Assembly (NCBI GenBank): GCA_965237955.1
Contig: OZ250169.1
Span: forward strand, 6,080,001-6,144,000
Direction: 5' to 3'
Origin: Candidatus Marinacidobacterales bacterium
GTDB lineage: Bacteria > Acidobacteriota > Vicinamibacteria > Marinacidobacterales > SMYC01
Length of the DNA stretch: 64,000 nt
Part shown: positions 52,229 to 62,522 of the stretch, in pieces
Position numbering within the stretch: the first letter of the stretch is position 1
How the letters are laid out: every line of letters starts with the position of its first letter
Notes under the pieces: model-generated
Database searches by the model: none
What the model was told of the DNA's origin: nothing
Seen by the model: only the letters and a program-made list of their open reading frames with translations
Program-made: the position numbers and the translations under genes

Positions 52229-54703
52229 CTAGAAGTTCCGCAGCCGCAGGGCATTCGTGACCACGGAGACGGAGCTCATCGCCATGGCGCCGGCGGCGAT
52301 GACGGGCGACAGCAGGACGCCGAACGCCGGGTACAGAACGCCCGCGGCAATGGGAATGCCGAAAGCGTTGTAGAAAAACGCCCAGAAAAGGTTCTGGCGG
52401 ATGATCCGGAGTGTTTGACGCGACAATCGCATCGCATCCACGACGCCGCCAAGGTCGTCGTTCACGAGCGTGATATCCGATGCTTCGATGGCGACGTCGG
52501 TGCCACTACCGATGGCCACGCCGATGTCGGCCTGTGCGAGCGCGGGTGCGTCGTTGATGCCGTCGCCGACCATAGCGACGCGCTTGCCGTCGCGCTGAAG
52601 CTTCTGCACCGCGCTCGCCTTGTCCTCGGGGAGCACTTGAGCCATCACTCGATCGATCCCGACGCTCTCGGCGATGCGTTTGGCTACGGCTTCGCTATCG
52701 CCGGTGATCATCACCGGATCGAGCCCGGACGCCTTCATCGCGCGGATCGCGTCTTTCGAGCCCGGCTTCACGGTGTCGGCAACGCCGAGCATTCCCAGCA
52801 CCTCGCCATCGCCGGCGACGAACATCGCGCTCTTGCCTTCTCGCGCAAGGTGCGCGGCACCGTCCCCCAAACGCCCGATTTCGATTCCCTCTTCATCCAT
52901 CAGGCGCCGGTTGCCAACGAGAATCTCTCGTTTTCCGATGCGGGCGCGCACGCCCATTCCAGGAAGCGCATCGAACTCCGAGGGTGCTTTGAGCGCATCC
53001 CCGATGCCGTGCGCGTAGGCCACGATGGCTTGTCCGGCGGGATGTTCGGACGCTTTTTCGGCGGCGGCCGCGAGCGCAAGAACCTCTCGCGTGTCGAGCT
53101 TCCCCGCCGAGACCATGTCGGTGACTTTGAGCGCGCCCTCGGTAATGGTTCCGGTCTTGTCGAGAACGATGCTCTCGACCGACGCCAACGTCTCCAGACT
53201 CTCGGCGGATTTGATCAAGATGCCGCGCTCGGCGCCGCGACCGGTCGCGACGACGATGGCCGTCGGCGTCGCCAGACCGAGTGCACACGGACAAGCAATG
53301 ATGAGCACCGCAATGGCGTTTCCGAGTGCAAACGGAAGCGACGGCCCGTAGGCGAGCCAAACCGCGAACGTCACGACGGCAATCACGATGACAATCGGCA
53401 CGAACACGCCGGCGATCTTGTCGACGAGCCGTTGCACCGGCGCTTTCGAGCCCTGCGCGTCCTGCACGAGCTTCACGATTTGACCAAGGGTCGTGTCCTG
53501 GCCGACGCGCGTGACTTCGAACTGAAACGCTCCGGTTTGATTGACGGTTCCACCGGTGACCATGTCGCCCGGTGCCTTGTCGACCGGCAAGCTCTCCCCG
53601 GTCAAGAGTGATTCGTCGAGGGTCGAGCGTCCCTTCCGGATGACGCCGTCTAGAGGCACCTTGTCGCCGGGCCGCACCGCGACGATGTCGCCGACCGCGA
53701 CCTGCTCGAGCGGCACATCGCGCTCTTCGTTACCAACGACGAGACGCGCCGTCGGTGGTTGGAGCTCGAGAAGCTTTCGGATCGCCGACGAGGCCTTCCC
53801 TTTCGCTCGCGCCTCCAACATTTTTCCGACCAGCACCAGGGTGATGATCATCGCGGTCGTGTCGTAGTAGAGCGCTGCTTCGACGCCCCGAGCGGCGAGT
53901 ACTCGAGGGGCAAACGTCGTAACCACGCTATAGGAGTAGGCAGCACCGGTGCCAATCGCGATGAGGCTATCCATGTTGAACGAGAACGAGCGCAGTCCCG
54001 CTACGAAGCCGCGGAGGAACTGCCCGCCGCACCAGAAGAGCACGGGCGTCGTCGCGATGAAGAGCAGAACGGCACGAAGCTCGGGTGTGGCGCCAATGGT
54101 CTCGGCGGACACCATGCTGAGCGTCATAATCACAGCCGACAAAAGAGCCGACACGATCGTCTTTTTCTCGAGCACTGCGTACTCGGCGGCACGGAACCTG
54201 TCAACTTCAGTGGTGGCGTCGCTCGCGGTCTCGGAGGTGCGAGTGATGACTTTGTACGGTCCCGCCGACGCGATCGCATCCTCGATTTGCTCGAAGCTCA
54301 CTCGCGCCGGGTCGTAGTCGACCGAGACGCGTTCGGTGGCAAAATTCGCGGACGCTCGGGAGACTCCTTCGACTCCGGCGAGCGAACCCTCGATCGCGGC
54401 GACGCAGCTCGCGCAGTGCATGCCGTGAATCGGCACATCGAGACGTTCTTCTCCCGCGGGCGTTTCGACAGCGGCAGCTTCGGGCACCGTCAGCGAGACG
54501 AGACCGCTACCGGACGGCATGTGCGCCGAGGTCTCGGCGCCCTCTTGCAGAAACGTATCCGGATCTTTCTCGAACGCTGCCTTGCACCCGGCCGCACAAA
54601 AGAAGTAGCTCTCACCGTTGTGCGTCGTTTTGTGCGGTGAAGTATCGGGATTCACCGATATGCCACAGACAGGATCGACCCAAGTCTGCTCTTTAGTGGT
54701 CAT
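52229..54703 (-). CDS. copA: Cu(I)-translocating P1B-type ATPase with YHS and HMA domains
   Basis: DPVCG...YFFCAAGC (YHS), [45 protein letters not shown]. Confidence 0.93.
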   Translation of the reverse strand: MTTKEQTWVDPVCGISVNPDTSPHKTTHNGESYFFCAAGCKAAFEKDPDTFLQEGAETSAHMPSGSGLVSLTVPEAAAVETPAGEERLDVPIHGMHCASCVAAIEGSLAGVEGVSRASANFATERVSVDYDPARVSFEQIEDAIASAGPYKVITRTSETASDATTEVDRFRAAEYAVLEKKTIVSALLSAVIMTLSMVSAETIGATPELRAVLLFIATTPVLFWCGGQFLRGFVAGLRSFSFNMDSLIAIGTGAAYSYSVVTTFAPRVLAARGVEAALYYDTTAMIITLVLVGKMLEARAKGKASSAIRKLLELQPPTARLVVGNEERDVPLEQVAVGDIVAVRPGDKVPLDGVIRKGRSTLDESLLTGESLPVDKAPGDMVTGGTVNQTGAFQFEVTRVGQDTTLGQIVKLVQDAQGSKAPVQRLVDKIAGVFVPIVIVIAVVTFAVWLAYGPSLPFALGNAIAVLIIACPCALGLATPTAIVVATGRGAERGILIKSAESLETLASVESIVLDKTGTITEGALKVTDMVSAGKLDTREVLALAAAAEKASEHPAGQAIVAYAHGIGDALKAPSEFDALPGMGVRARIGKREILVGNRRLMDEEGIEIGRLGDGAAHLAREGKSAMFVAGDGEVLGMLGVADTVKPGSKDAIRAMKASGLDPVMITGDSEAVAKRIAESVGIDRVMAQVLPEDKASAVQKLQRDGKRVAMVGDGINDAPALAQADIGVAIGSGTDVAIEASDITLVNDDLGGVVDAMRLSRQTLRIIRQNLFWAFFYNAFGIPIAAGVLYPAFGVLLSPVIAAGAMAMSSVSVVTNALRLRNF

Positions 54704-54798
54704 GAACACCGTATCCGGGGCGGAGTCTAGCACACGCCGGGAACCGCTCTCGAGACGAGACTTGCCGACAGAGCGCGACCCGCTTACCCTATGACTCC

Positions 54799-55464
54799 AT
54801 GGATGTCTCCGTGGACCTGACGCGCCAACTCGCGCACGAGATCCAAGCGCCGCTCACCTCTCTCGAGCTACAACTGCGAAAGCTCAGCCGAGAGCGACCG
54901 GAGAGCGAGCTCGCCGCGGACTGTCTCGAGGAGATCGCGTCTCTGAAACGACTGGTTACGAGCTTCCTCGAGCTCGGCGCACCCGAGCTACCTGAGCTTG
55001 CCCCGAGCGCGCTCGAGTTGGCTCCCGTGTTCCACGCCGTCGAGAAGCGTTTCCGCCCTATCGCCGTCGCACGCAACGTGAAGCTTCAAATGGACTGCGG
55101 ATCCGCGAGCGCGGTCTTCGACGCCCGTGCGACCGAACGTATCCTTGCAAACCTCGTCGATAACGCCATCAAGTTCTCGAGAGATAGCGGCACGGTATAT
55201 GTCTTCGCCCGGTCCCGCGCGCACAACGGTAGCGTCGAGCTCGAAGTGCGGGACGAGGGTATCGGGATCGCAACCGAGGCGCGAGCTCTCGTGTTCGAAC
55301 CTTTCTACCGTGTCAATCGGGAGCTCGCCGGGCGGGAAGTCGCGGGGTTCGGCCTCGGTCTCGCGATCTCGAAACGCCTCGCCGAAGCTCAACGCGGATC
55401 GCTTTACTGCGAGAGCGATCTCGGCCGCGGCAGCTCGTTTATTCTGACGCTTCCCGCAACGTGA
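54799..55464 (+). CDS. Sensorless histidine kinase (HisKA + HATPase only)
   Basis: [11 protein letters not shown]-box, [27 protein letters not shown]. Confidence 0.8.
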   Translation: MDVSVDLTRQLAHEIQAPLTSLELQLRKLSRERPESELAADCLEEIASLKRLVTSFLELGAPELPELAPSALELAPVFHAVEKRFRPIAVARNVKLQMDCGSASAVFDARATERILANLVDNAIKFSRDSGTVYVFARSRAHNGSVELEVRDEGIGIATEARALVFEPFYRVNRELAGREVAGFGLGLAISKRLAEAQRGSLYCESDLGRGSSFILTLPAT

Positions 55465-55506
55465 TCCATTGACTCAAACTCGCAATTTATTGTAGCGTCA
55501 CTCGCC

Positions 55507-56019
55507 ATGGCCTTGCGATCCATCGTGAAATTCGGTGCTCCCGAGCTCGACACTCGCTGCGAGGAAATCACAGACTTCGCTCCCGATCTCGAAGCGCTCG
55601 CAAAAGACATGGTTCAAACCATGTATGCCGCTCCCGGCGTCGGCCTCGCCGCCAATCAGGTCGGGTTGACCACGCGTCTGATGGTGATCGACATTACCGT
55701 CGGCGAAGACGCCAGCCAGCTCATCATCATCGCGAATCCGGTCATGCTCGAGATGGAAGGTGAGCAGCGTGAAGAAGAGGGGTGTTTGTCGGTCCCCGGT
55801 CACGCGGGCGTGGTCCAACGTCCCGCTTGGGTCAAAGTTCGTGGTCAGGACTTGAAAGGAAACGAGATCACGATAGAAGGTACCGGCCTTCTCGCGCGCG
55901 CGTTCTGCCACGAGATCGATCACCTCGACGGCAAGCTCTTCATCGAGCGCCTCGGTGTTCTCAAGCGCGACTTGATCAAGCGGAAGATTCGCAAACAAAT
56001 CCGTCAGGGCGAGTGGTAG
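55507..56019 (+). CDS. def: Peptide deformylase
   Basis: GVGLAANQVG, EGCLS, HEIDHLDG. Confidence 0.97.
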   Translation: MALRSIVKFGAPELDTRCEEITDFAPDLEALAKDMVQTMYAAPGVGLAANQVGLTTRLMVIDITVGEDASQLIIIANPVMLEMEGEQREEEGCLSVPGHAGVVQRPAWVKVRGQDLKGNEITIEGTGLLARAFCHEIDHLDGKLFIERLGVLKRDLIKRKIRKQIRQGEW

Positions 56020-56029
56020 TTTCCACAGC

Positions 56030-56992
56030 ATGAAGCTCTTGTTCATGGGCTCGGGGTCGTTCGCCGTCCCCTCCTTGCGAGCGCTTCTCGCGTCGCCATC
56101 CCACGAAGTCGTAGCTCTTGTCACTCAGCCCGACAAGCCGGCGGGGCGAGGCCATCGTCTTCGACTGCCGCCGACGAAGCACGTCGCCATCGAGCACGGT
56201 CTCGACGTCCACCAGCCTGCCAGAGTGCGTCACCCTGAAGGTGTCGAGCTCGTACGCGAGCTCGCGCCGGAATGTATCGTCGTCGTCGCCTACGGACAGA
56301 TCATTCCCAAGTCGATCCTAGGCATCCCGCCCAAAGGGATCATCAACGTGCATGCATCCCTTCTTCCGCGTTACCGAGGCGCGGCCCCCATCCAGTGGGC
56401 TATCGCGCGCGGAGAGACGGAGACCGGCGTGAGCACGATGCTCATGGACGAGGGGCTCGACACCGGGCCGGTGCTGCTTCAGGAAAAGACGCCGATCGAT
56501 CCGGACGAAACGTCTTCGGTGCTCGAGCCTCGTCTTGCGGTATTGGGTGCCAGCCTTCTCGAGCGCACCCTCGAGCTCTGGGCAGACGGCGCTCTCGTAC
56601 CGACACCTCAGGACGACTCCGATGCCACGCTCGCCCCTCGTATCAAGAAAGAGGACGCGCTCGTCGACTGGAGCTTGCCCGCCCGGACGATCGCGTCTCA
56701 CGTACGGGCGTTCGACCCATGGCCCGTCGCGTTCACAACGTTCGCGGGCGTGCCACTCAAAATCTGGAAGGCGAGAGCGCTCGGCGGGACCACATCGAGT
56801 CCCCACGGTACGGTCGTAGCCGTCGGAGACGGCGGCGACAGCGATAGCGACAGCGACAGCATCAGTGTCGCTTGCGGCGAGGGGACGATACTCGCGATCA
56901 AAGACGTCCAGCTCTCGGGGAAAGCTCGCATGGCGGCCGCAGACTTTGCTCGCGGCAAGCGCCTCCGGCTCGGAACGCGTTTGGGGGCCTAG
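56030..56992 (+). CDS. fmt: Methionyl-tRNA formyltransferase
   Basis: VTQPDKPAGRG, VVAYG, NVHASLLPRYRGAAPIQ; follows def. Confidence 0.97.
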   Translation: MKLLFMGSGSFAVPSLRALLASPSHEVVALVTQPDKPAGRGHRLRLPPTKHVAIEHGLDVHQPARVRHPEGVELVRELAPECIVVVAYGQIIPKSILGIPPKGIINVHASLLPRYRGAAPIQWAIARGETETGVSTMLMDEGLDTGPVLLQEKTPIDPDETSSVLEPRLAVLGASLLERTLELWADGALVPTPQDDSDATLAPRIKKEDALVDWSLPARTIASHVRAFDPWPVAFTTFAGVPLKIWKARALGGTTSSPHGTVVAVGDGGDSDSDSDSISVACGEGTILAIKDVQLSGKARMAAADFARGKRLRLGTRLGA

Positions 56993-57128
56993 TGCCTCAC
57001 TACCGGCGCCTGAAACCGTAGGCAGAATCCCCCGGATCCCACTTTTTCGAGTGGATTCGCGTGGATAGTCCCACAGGCGCGAACAGCGATTTCCCCCCAT
57101 CTCGTTGATTCGAAGGCGACATCGCTTC

Positions 57129-57144
57129 AGGTACGGTCCTTGCA
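57129..57144 (+). promoter_or_regulatory. Putative sigma-54 promoter of the GGDEF-EAL gene
   Basis: AGGTACGGTCCTTGCA (GG-N10-GC), ~47 bp before the ATG. Confidence 0.45.
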
Positions 57145-57191
57145 ATCGACATCAATAGGCAGAACCCTGTAACTGTAACCTAAATCACAAG

Positions 57192-59888
57192 ATGCAAGCC
57201 AAACCCAAGGAAGCCCGCGAAGACCGTCGTGCCCGCACGCGTGTGTCGGGCCCGACTGCCGCGCATCCATCTCGCGAGGAGAGGCAAGGGAGCCTCCTGT
57301 CCTCGCAGAACCAGATTCTTTCCAAGATAGCCACGGGATGCACCATCCCGGAACTGATGTCGGACGTGGCCGACTACGTCAAAACCTTCGCTCCGACGTG
57401 GGACACGGCAGTCCACCTTGTCGATCCGAGTACGGGTCGGCTCACCCGCGGCATCTCCAAAAGCCTCGGACGGGCGGTGATTCAAGAGATGGAGCGCATT
57501 CCCCTGAGCGAAGAGTGGCCCGTAGGCACCGCGTTCGCCACGGGAAACCGCTGGCGCCGCTCGGAAGCCGAGAGCGAGCGGAACGAGTCCTATCTCGAGC
57601 TCGAGAAGAAGCACGACGTGCAATGCTTTTGGGTGGCACCCGCGCGTTCATCGAAGGGCGCGACCGTGGCCGTCGTGACCGCGTTCCGCCGTACGGGTTG
57701 TACGGCCCGTACAGCCCGTACGGAGTTCGAAGAGTCTCTAGAGACCGTTCTCGACGTCGCGTCTTCGATCTTGGGCATGGGGGTCGAGCGGATCCGCACC
57801 GTCGAGCGTTTGCTTCTCGCAAAGTCGTCCATCGACAAGAGCCGTGAGCCGACCTTGTGCGTACGCTCGGACGCGAGCTTTATTTATGTCAACGACGCAG
57901 CGTGCGAGGCGTTCGGCTATGCGCGCGACGAGCTACTGGCGATGCACGTGTGGGAGCTCGATGCCAACGTGAGCGAAGAGGACTTCCAACGGATCTGGGA
58001 GCTGACGGCGCGTCGCGACGCTCTAGTGCTGCGGACGGAAGTGCGGCTACGCGACGGAGGAGCCACTCCGGTCGAAATCGCGATCAGCCATATCAAGATT
58101 CAAAACGAAGGCTTCCAGTGTGCCGTCATCCACAACATTTCCGCGCTTCGCGAAACGGAGAAGCGCCTCCACGACTGCGAGGAGCGTTACGCGCTCGCCG
58201 CCAAAGGTGCCAACGACGGGCTTTGGAGCTGGGACCTGGATCGCGACGCGATGCATCTATCGCCGCGGTGGTGTGCGCTCGTAGGTCTCGAGCCCGAGGA
58301 GCGCCATGCGTCGCCGGAAGAGTGGTGGCGCCGGATCCACCCGGACGACGTCGAGCGTGTGCGCGCCGAGCTCGATGCCCACTTGTCCGGAAAGTCAGAG
58401 ACGTTCGAGATCGAGCACCGCATGGTCCACAACCAGGGACGCTATCTGTGGGTGCTGACCCGCGGCGAGGCGGTCCGCGACGTGCACGGCGCGCCCGCAC
58501 GCATCGCCGGCTCGCTCACCGATATTACCAAGCAAAAGCTCGCCGAAGAGAGGCTTCGTCACGACGCGTTGCACGATGACTTGACCGGCCTTCCGAACCG
58601 ATCGATGTTCATGGACCACTTTGGGCGCGTGCTGGAGCGCGCCCGCCGCTCCGAACAAACGTTCCAGTTCGCAGTTTTGTTCCTCGACTTCGATAGGTTC
58701 AAACGGATCAACGACAGCCTCGGCCATCTCGTCGGCGACCAGCTGCTCATCGCGATTGCGCGACGGTTGGGCTCGTGCGTACGGCCGTCCGACACCGTGG
58801 CACGACTCGGAGGCGACGAGTTCGCCGTCCTGCTCGAACGGGTGGCGGGGGTGACGGGCGCGACGAGACTTGCCGAACGCGTTCATCAAGCGCTTCGCGA
58901 GCCCTTCCGAGTCTCGGGCCTCGAGGTCTTCATCACCGCGAGCATCGGAATCGCGGTCGCCTCACGAACGTACGAGCGCCCCGAAGATATTCTGCGCGAT
59001 GCCGACACCGCGATGTACCGGGCCAAGGCAGCCGGCAAAGCACGACACGAAGTCTTCGATGAAGCCATGCACGCACGTGCCATCGAGCAGCTCAAGCTCG
59101 AGGTCGAGCTCGGGCTCGCGGTCAAGAGGAAAGAGTTCTGCTTGCGGTACCAGCCCGTCGTCTCTCTCGAGGACGGACGTCCCGTCGGGGTCGAAGCGTT
59201 CGCGCGATGGCAGCACCCGAACCGCGGGCTTCTCGCACCGGTATCGTTTCTCAGCGTCGCCGAAGAGTCGGGTCTCATCGTCGACATTGGCTGGTGGATC
59301 TTCCGTGAAGCGTGCACGCAGATGAAGGCCTGGCAAGACCGCTTTCAGTCCGCTCGCTCGCTTGCAATCCACGTCAACCTGTCCGGGAAGGAGCTCTTCC
59401 AGCCCGAGCTCCCCGAGCGGATCGAAGCTGTGCTCGCCGAGACCGGTCTGAAACCGGAGCATCTGGTACTCGACATCCCCGAGAACGTCATCATGCACAA
59501 GGCCGAATCGTCGGTAACCATCCTGGGTCAGCTCAAATCCCTCGCGCTCCGGATCCACCTGGACGACTTCGGAACCGGCTATTCCTCGCTCGGCTACTTG
59601 CACCGATTCCAAATCGACACGCTCAAGATCGACCACTCCTTCATCCGGCACCTGCGCTCCGGCGGAGAGAACTGGAAAACGGTGCGAGCGATCGTGAGCC
59701 TCGCCAAGAACCTGGGGATGGACGTCATTGCCGAAGGCGTCGAAAGCGAAGAGCAGTTCGAACAGCTCCGAAAACTCCGCTGCAAGAGCGCCCAAGGCAG
59801 CTTTTTCGAGGAGCCCCTGACGGACGATGAGATGGCGCGGTTCCTTTCTCGCCCCGACGCCAGCGGAAAGTCGCCACACCAGAAGTGA
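57192..59888 (+). CDS. GAF-like/PAS/PAS/GGDEF/EAL c-di-GMP turnover protein
   Basis: YVNDAAC..FGY and IHPDD PAS motifs, LTGLPNR, RPSD I-site, RLGGDEF, EAFARW, DDFGTGYSS, AEGVE. Confidence 0.93.
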   Translation: MQAKPKEAREDRRARTRVSGPTAAHPSREERQGSLLSSQNQILSKIATGCTIPELMSDVADYVKTFAPTWDTAVHLVDPSTGRLTRGISKSLGRAVIQEMERIPLSEEWPVGTAFATGNRWRRSEAESERNESYLELEKKHDVQCFWVAPARSSKGATVAVVTAFRRTGCTARTARTEFEESLETVLDVASSILGMGVERIRTVERLLLAKSSIDKSREPTLCVRSDASFIYVNDAACEAFGYARDELLAMHVWELDANVSEEDFQRIWELTARRDALVLRTEVRLRDGGATPVEIAISHIKIQNEGFQCAVIHNISALRETEKRLHDCEERYALAAKGANDGLWSWDLDRDAMHLSPRWCALVGLEPEERHASPEEWWRRIHPDDVERVRAELDAHLSGKSETFEIEHRMVHNQGRYLWVLTRGEAVRDVHGAPARIAGSLTDITKQKLAEERLRHDALHDDLTGLPNRSMFMDHFGRVLERARRSEQTFQFAVLFLDFDRFKRINDSLGHLVGDQLLIAIARRLGSCVRPSDTVARLGGDEFAVLLERVAGVTGATRLAERVHQALREPFRVSGLEVFITASIGIAVASRTYERPEDILRDADTAMYRAKAAGKARHEVFDEAMHARAIEQLKLEVELGLAVKRKEFCLRYQPVVSLEDGRPVGVEAFARWQHPNRGLLAPVSFLSVAEESGLIVDIGWWIFREACTQMKAWQDRFQSARSLAIHVNLSGKELFQPELPERIEAVLAETGLKPEHLVLDIPENVIMHKAESSVTILGQLKSLALRIHLDDFGTGYSSLGYLHRFQIDTLKIDHSFIRHLRSGGENWKTVRAIVSLAKNLGMDVIAEGVESEEQFEQLRKLRCKSAQGSFFEEPLTDDEMARFLSRPDASGKSPHQK

Positions 59889-59893
59889 GAGAA

Positions 59894-59912
59894 TCGGCGC
59901 CCAAGGCGCCGA
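59894..59912 (+). terminator. Stem-loop just after the GGDEF-EAL stop
   Basis: TCGGCGCC-CAA-GGCGCCGA; weak U tract. Confidence 0.4.
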
Positions 59913-60103
59913 CTTAGCTCACTTTGCGTCGTTGTCTGCGGCGAATTTTTCTTTCCCGGAAAAACAAGCTTTTGGACGTTCGTAGTGCGTAGGGATCTGC
60001 CTTCAGGGGTGTGGCGCGATCCCCACGCATGCGAGCCGCTGCCGTTTCGCGCAAACCAAACAGCGTCCGTGAGTTGACGCGACTTTCAGCGTCGAAACTT
60101 CCG

Positions 60104-60119
60104 TGGCACACACCGTGCA
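60104..60119 (+). promoter_or_regulatory. Putative sigma-54 promoter
   Basis: TGGCACACACCGTGCA (GG-N10-GC) upstream of the SH3-barrel gene. Confidence 0.5.
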
Positions 60120-60266
60120 TTAACACGGCCCGTTCCCCCAAATGCTCACACGAAACGTTTCTTCGTCGTTTTCCCGTCGGGAAAACCCATGGACAGGATT
60201 CCCCTGTCATCGTCCCCAGAACTCTCGACTCCGTTGGCCCTCGACCAACGACGCTGGAGGTTTGTG

Positions 60267-61166
60267 ATGAAGTTTCGAACCGCCCTCTCGGCTATGATCG
60301 TGACCGCGCTCGTCGCCAGTTCCGTGCACGCCCAGGCGCTTCGCGTCACGATCCGCAAGGCTCCGATCCGCTCGGGGCCAGGATCGCAAGAGACGCTGGT
60401 AGCGACAGCCGCGGAAGGCGATCTTCTCGAGTACGTCGACGTGGAAGGTCTCTGGTACATCGTTAGGGTACCCGCTACTCGACAAGTGGGTTATGTCCAC
60501 AGCGCCCTCGTCGAGCAGACGGCCGAGCGTGCGCCCGCGGGCGCGACCGCACCGCCGCCGCCGGTGGCAGCGCCGATGGCGCAGCCCTGTGCCCCACCGC
60601 CGCCTCCACCCCCACGCAGCCCCTCGCGGACATCGCCGCCGCCGCCGCCGCCCAAACGGGAGCTCGAACAACTACCCAATACTCAGCCGTCGATCGACCC
60701 GACACTAGACGACGCGCCGTGGGAGCATCGGGGCTTCGGTATCGGCGTCCGGATGGGGCACTCCACGGTCGGCAACATGGCGTTCAATCTCAGAAGCTTT
60801 GGACGCAGCCTCGGCTTGTCCTTCGACCTCGCGAGCGATGTCGACGTGCTGCAACTGCAGCCCTCCCTCATGTTCAAGATAGGCAGTCCCATCGAGTTGG
60901 AAGCCGTGTACTTCCAGCCTTACTTCGGAGTCGGCGCGAACGCTTTTTGGCACCGCATCGAAAATCCCGATACCACATTCGACGTGGGTGTCGTTGCACT
61001 CGGAGGTATGGACCTGGGATTCACCGCCGTGCCGAATCTCACCGTGTCCGTGGACTTGGGATACTTCTCGGACCCTATCGATCTCGACTGCCGCGCAGAT
61101 TGCTTTACCAGCAGTTTCTCGGACCGATTGGGTCTGAACTTCGGCGTGGACTGGTACTTCAAGTAG
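60267..61166 (+). CDS. Exported protein: SH3b domain, Pro-rich linker, outer-membrane beta-barrel
   Basis: Signal peptide, APIRSGPG...WY.V...GYVHS (SH3b), poly-Pro stretch, QPYFGVG, C-terminal FGVDWYFK; GGAGG RBS. Confidence 0.75.
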   Translation: MKFRTALSAMIVTALVASSVHAQALRVTIRKAPIRSGPGSQETLVATAAEGDLLEYVDVEGLWYIVRVPATRQVGYVHSALVEQTAERAPAGATAPPPPVAAPMAQPCAPPPPPPPRSPSRTSPPPPPPKRELEQLPNTQPSIDPTLDDAPWEHRGFGIGVRMGHSTVGNMAFNLRSFGRSLGLSFDLASDVDVLQLQPSLMFKIGSPIELEAVYFQPYFGVGANAFWHRIENPDTTFDVGVVALGGMDLGFTAVPNLTVSVDLGYFSDPIDLDCRADCFTSSFSDRLGLNFGVDWYFK

Positions 61167-61176
61167 TCTGTAGTAG

Positions 61177-61222
61177 GTCGCGGCGCGGCCCCAAAGCGGT
61201 CGCGCCGCGATCCTCAGTTTTT
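61177..61222 (+). terminator. Probable intrinsic terminator
   Basis: GTCGCGGCGCGGCC-loop-GGTCGCGCCGCGAT with a T run shortly after. Confidence 0.5.
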
Positions 61223-61298
61223 GTGACGGTGATCGCGGAACGGGCCACCTCGGATCGTGGTAGACTCCTGGTCGCGTCATAACCACAGGAGAATTTCG

Positions 61299-61619
61299 AT
61301 GAAGCTGGTGCCAGTAATTTCGCTAGCTCTGTGTGCTGTTCTTTTCGCGTGCCCTTTCGCTTTCGCGCAGGAGGGCGTGGAAGGGGCAATGGACGAGGGC
61401 AAGAGGCAATACCGCAACGGCAACTACCAGGCCGCCATTGGAGAGCTCACCCGCGTGATAGACGAAGCTCCCGATCGCGCCGACGCGTTCTACTTGATCG
61501 GCTACGCGCACCTCATGCTCCGGCAATACCCGGAGTCCCTCGACGCGTTCGCCCGGGCGTTTCAGCTCGATCCGACTCTCGACCCTCGTTCCATCTACCA
61601 GCGGCGCTCGCCGGAGTAA
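61299..61619 (+). CDS. Small exported TPR protein
   Basis: AGGAG RBS, signal peptide, two TPR-like units (G...Y..G.Y..AI; AFY.IGYA...L..Y...L..F..A..LDP). Confidence 0.8.
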   Translation: MKLVPVISLALCAVLFACPFAFAQEGVEGAMDEGKRQYRNGNYQAAIGELTRVIDEAPDRADAFYLIGYAHLMLRQYPESLDAFARAFQLDPTLDPRSIYQRRSPE

Positions 61620-61637
61620 AACTTGTAGAATGCGTGG

Positions 61638-62519
61638 GTGCGGTTCTTACGCTGGCTGCTCGTGGCGCCCGTCGTCCTAGCAACCCTCTACCTCTACTTC
61701 GCCACGCTCCATCCTCACCAGCGACTACCGGACCACGTGTTCTTCGACGCGCCCGAGCCGTGGGCGATCGCACACCAGGGCGGAGGGGAACTCTGGCCCG
61801 AGAACACGCTCTACGCTTTCGCGAAAGCCGAAGAGCTCGGCGTCGACGTGCTCGAGATGGATCTACGTGCCACCGTCGACAGAGAGATCGTCGTCATGCA
61901 CGACGCGAGCGTGGATGGCACGACGGACGGGAGCGGACGCGTCGACGAGATGACGCTCGCCGAAATTCGTGAGCTCGACGCGGGTTATCAGTTCAAAGGT
62001 GCGCCGGGGCAATTCCCTCACCGGGGTCAGGGCCTTACGGTACCGACGCTCGAGGAAGTGTTGTCGCGATTTTCGACGGCGCGTCTGATTCTCGAGATGA
62101 AGGAGTTCACGCCCGCTCTAGCCGTGGAGCTTTGCAGCGTTCTCACCACGCGCGAGGCAGAGGAGCGGGTGTTAATCGCGTCGTTCGGGCACGACTCGAT
62201 GTCTGCGTTCCGCGAAGCATGCCCAACAGTCGCCACCAGTGCCACGTTGCGCGAGGGGCTGATGTTGTACCAGCTCAACGGCATGCGCCTCGCGAGTCTG
62301 TATCGAAGCCCCGCGGTGGCGCTTCAGATTCAGAAAAAGTACGTCGAGCCGCGGCTTCTCGAACTCGCCGATGCGTTCAACGTCAAAGTTCAGGTGTGGA
62401 CCATTGACGACGAAGCCGACATGAAACGGCTACTCGATATGGGAGTCCAGGGGATTATGACCGACTACCCGGACCGGCTGTTGCGAGTGATGGGTCGAGC
62501 GTCGTCTGCCACGCGGTGA
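61638..62519 (+). CDS. Glycerophosphodiester phosphodiesterase
   Basis: IAHQGG...PENT..AF, EMDL, VMHD..VD.TTDG, WTID, GIMTDYPD. Confidence 0.92.
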   Translation: MRFLRWLLVAPVVLATLYLYFATLHPHQRLPDHVFFDAPEPWAIAHQGGGELWPENTLYAFAKAEELGVDVLEMDLRATVDREIVVMHDASVDGTTDGSGRVDEMTLAEIRELDAGYQFKGAPGQFPHRGQGLTVPTLEEVLSRFSTARLILEMKEFTPALAVELCSVLTTREAEERVLIASFGHDSMSAFREACPTVATSATLREGLMLYQLNGMRLASLYRSPAVALQIQKKYVEPRLLELADAFNVKVQVWTIDDEADMKRLLDMGVQGIMTDYPDRLLRVMGRASSATR

Positions 62520-62522
62520 ACG

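Noticed and set aside
56993-57191. Possible c-di-GMP riboswitch before the GGDEF-EAL gene
   Set aside because: No GEMM-like core recognised; only a short direct repeat TAGGCAGAA (57019, 57156) of unknown meaning.
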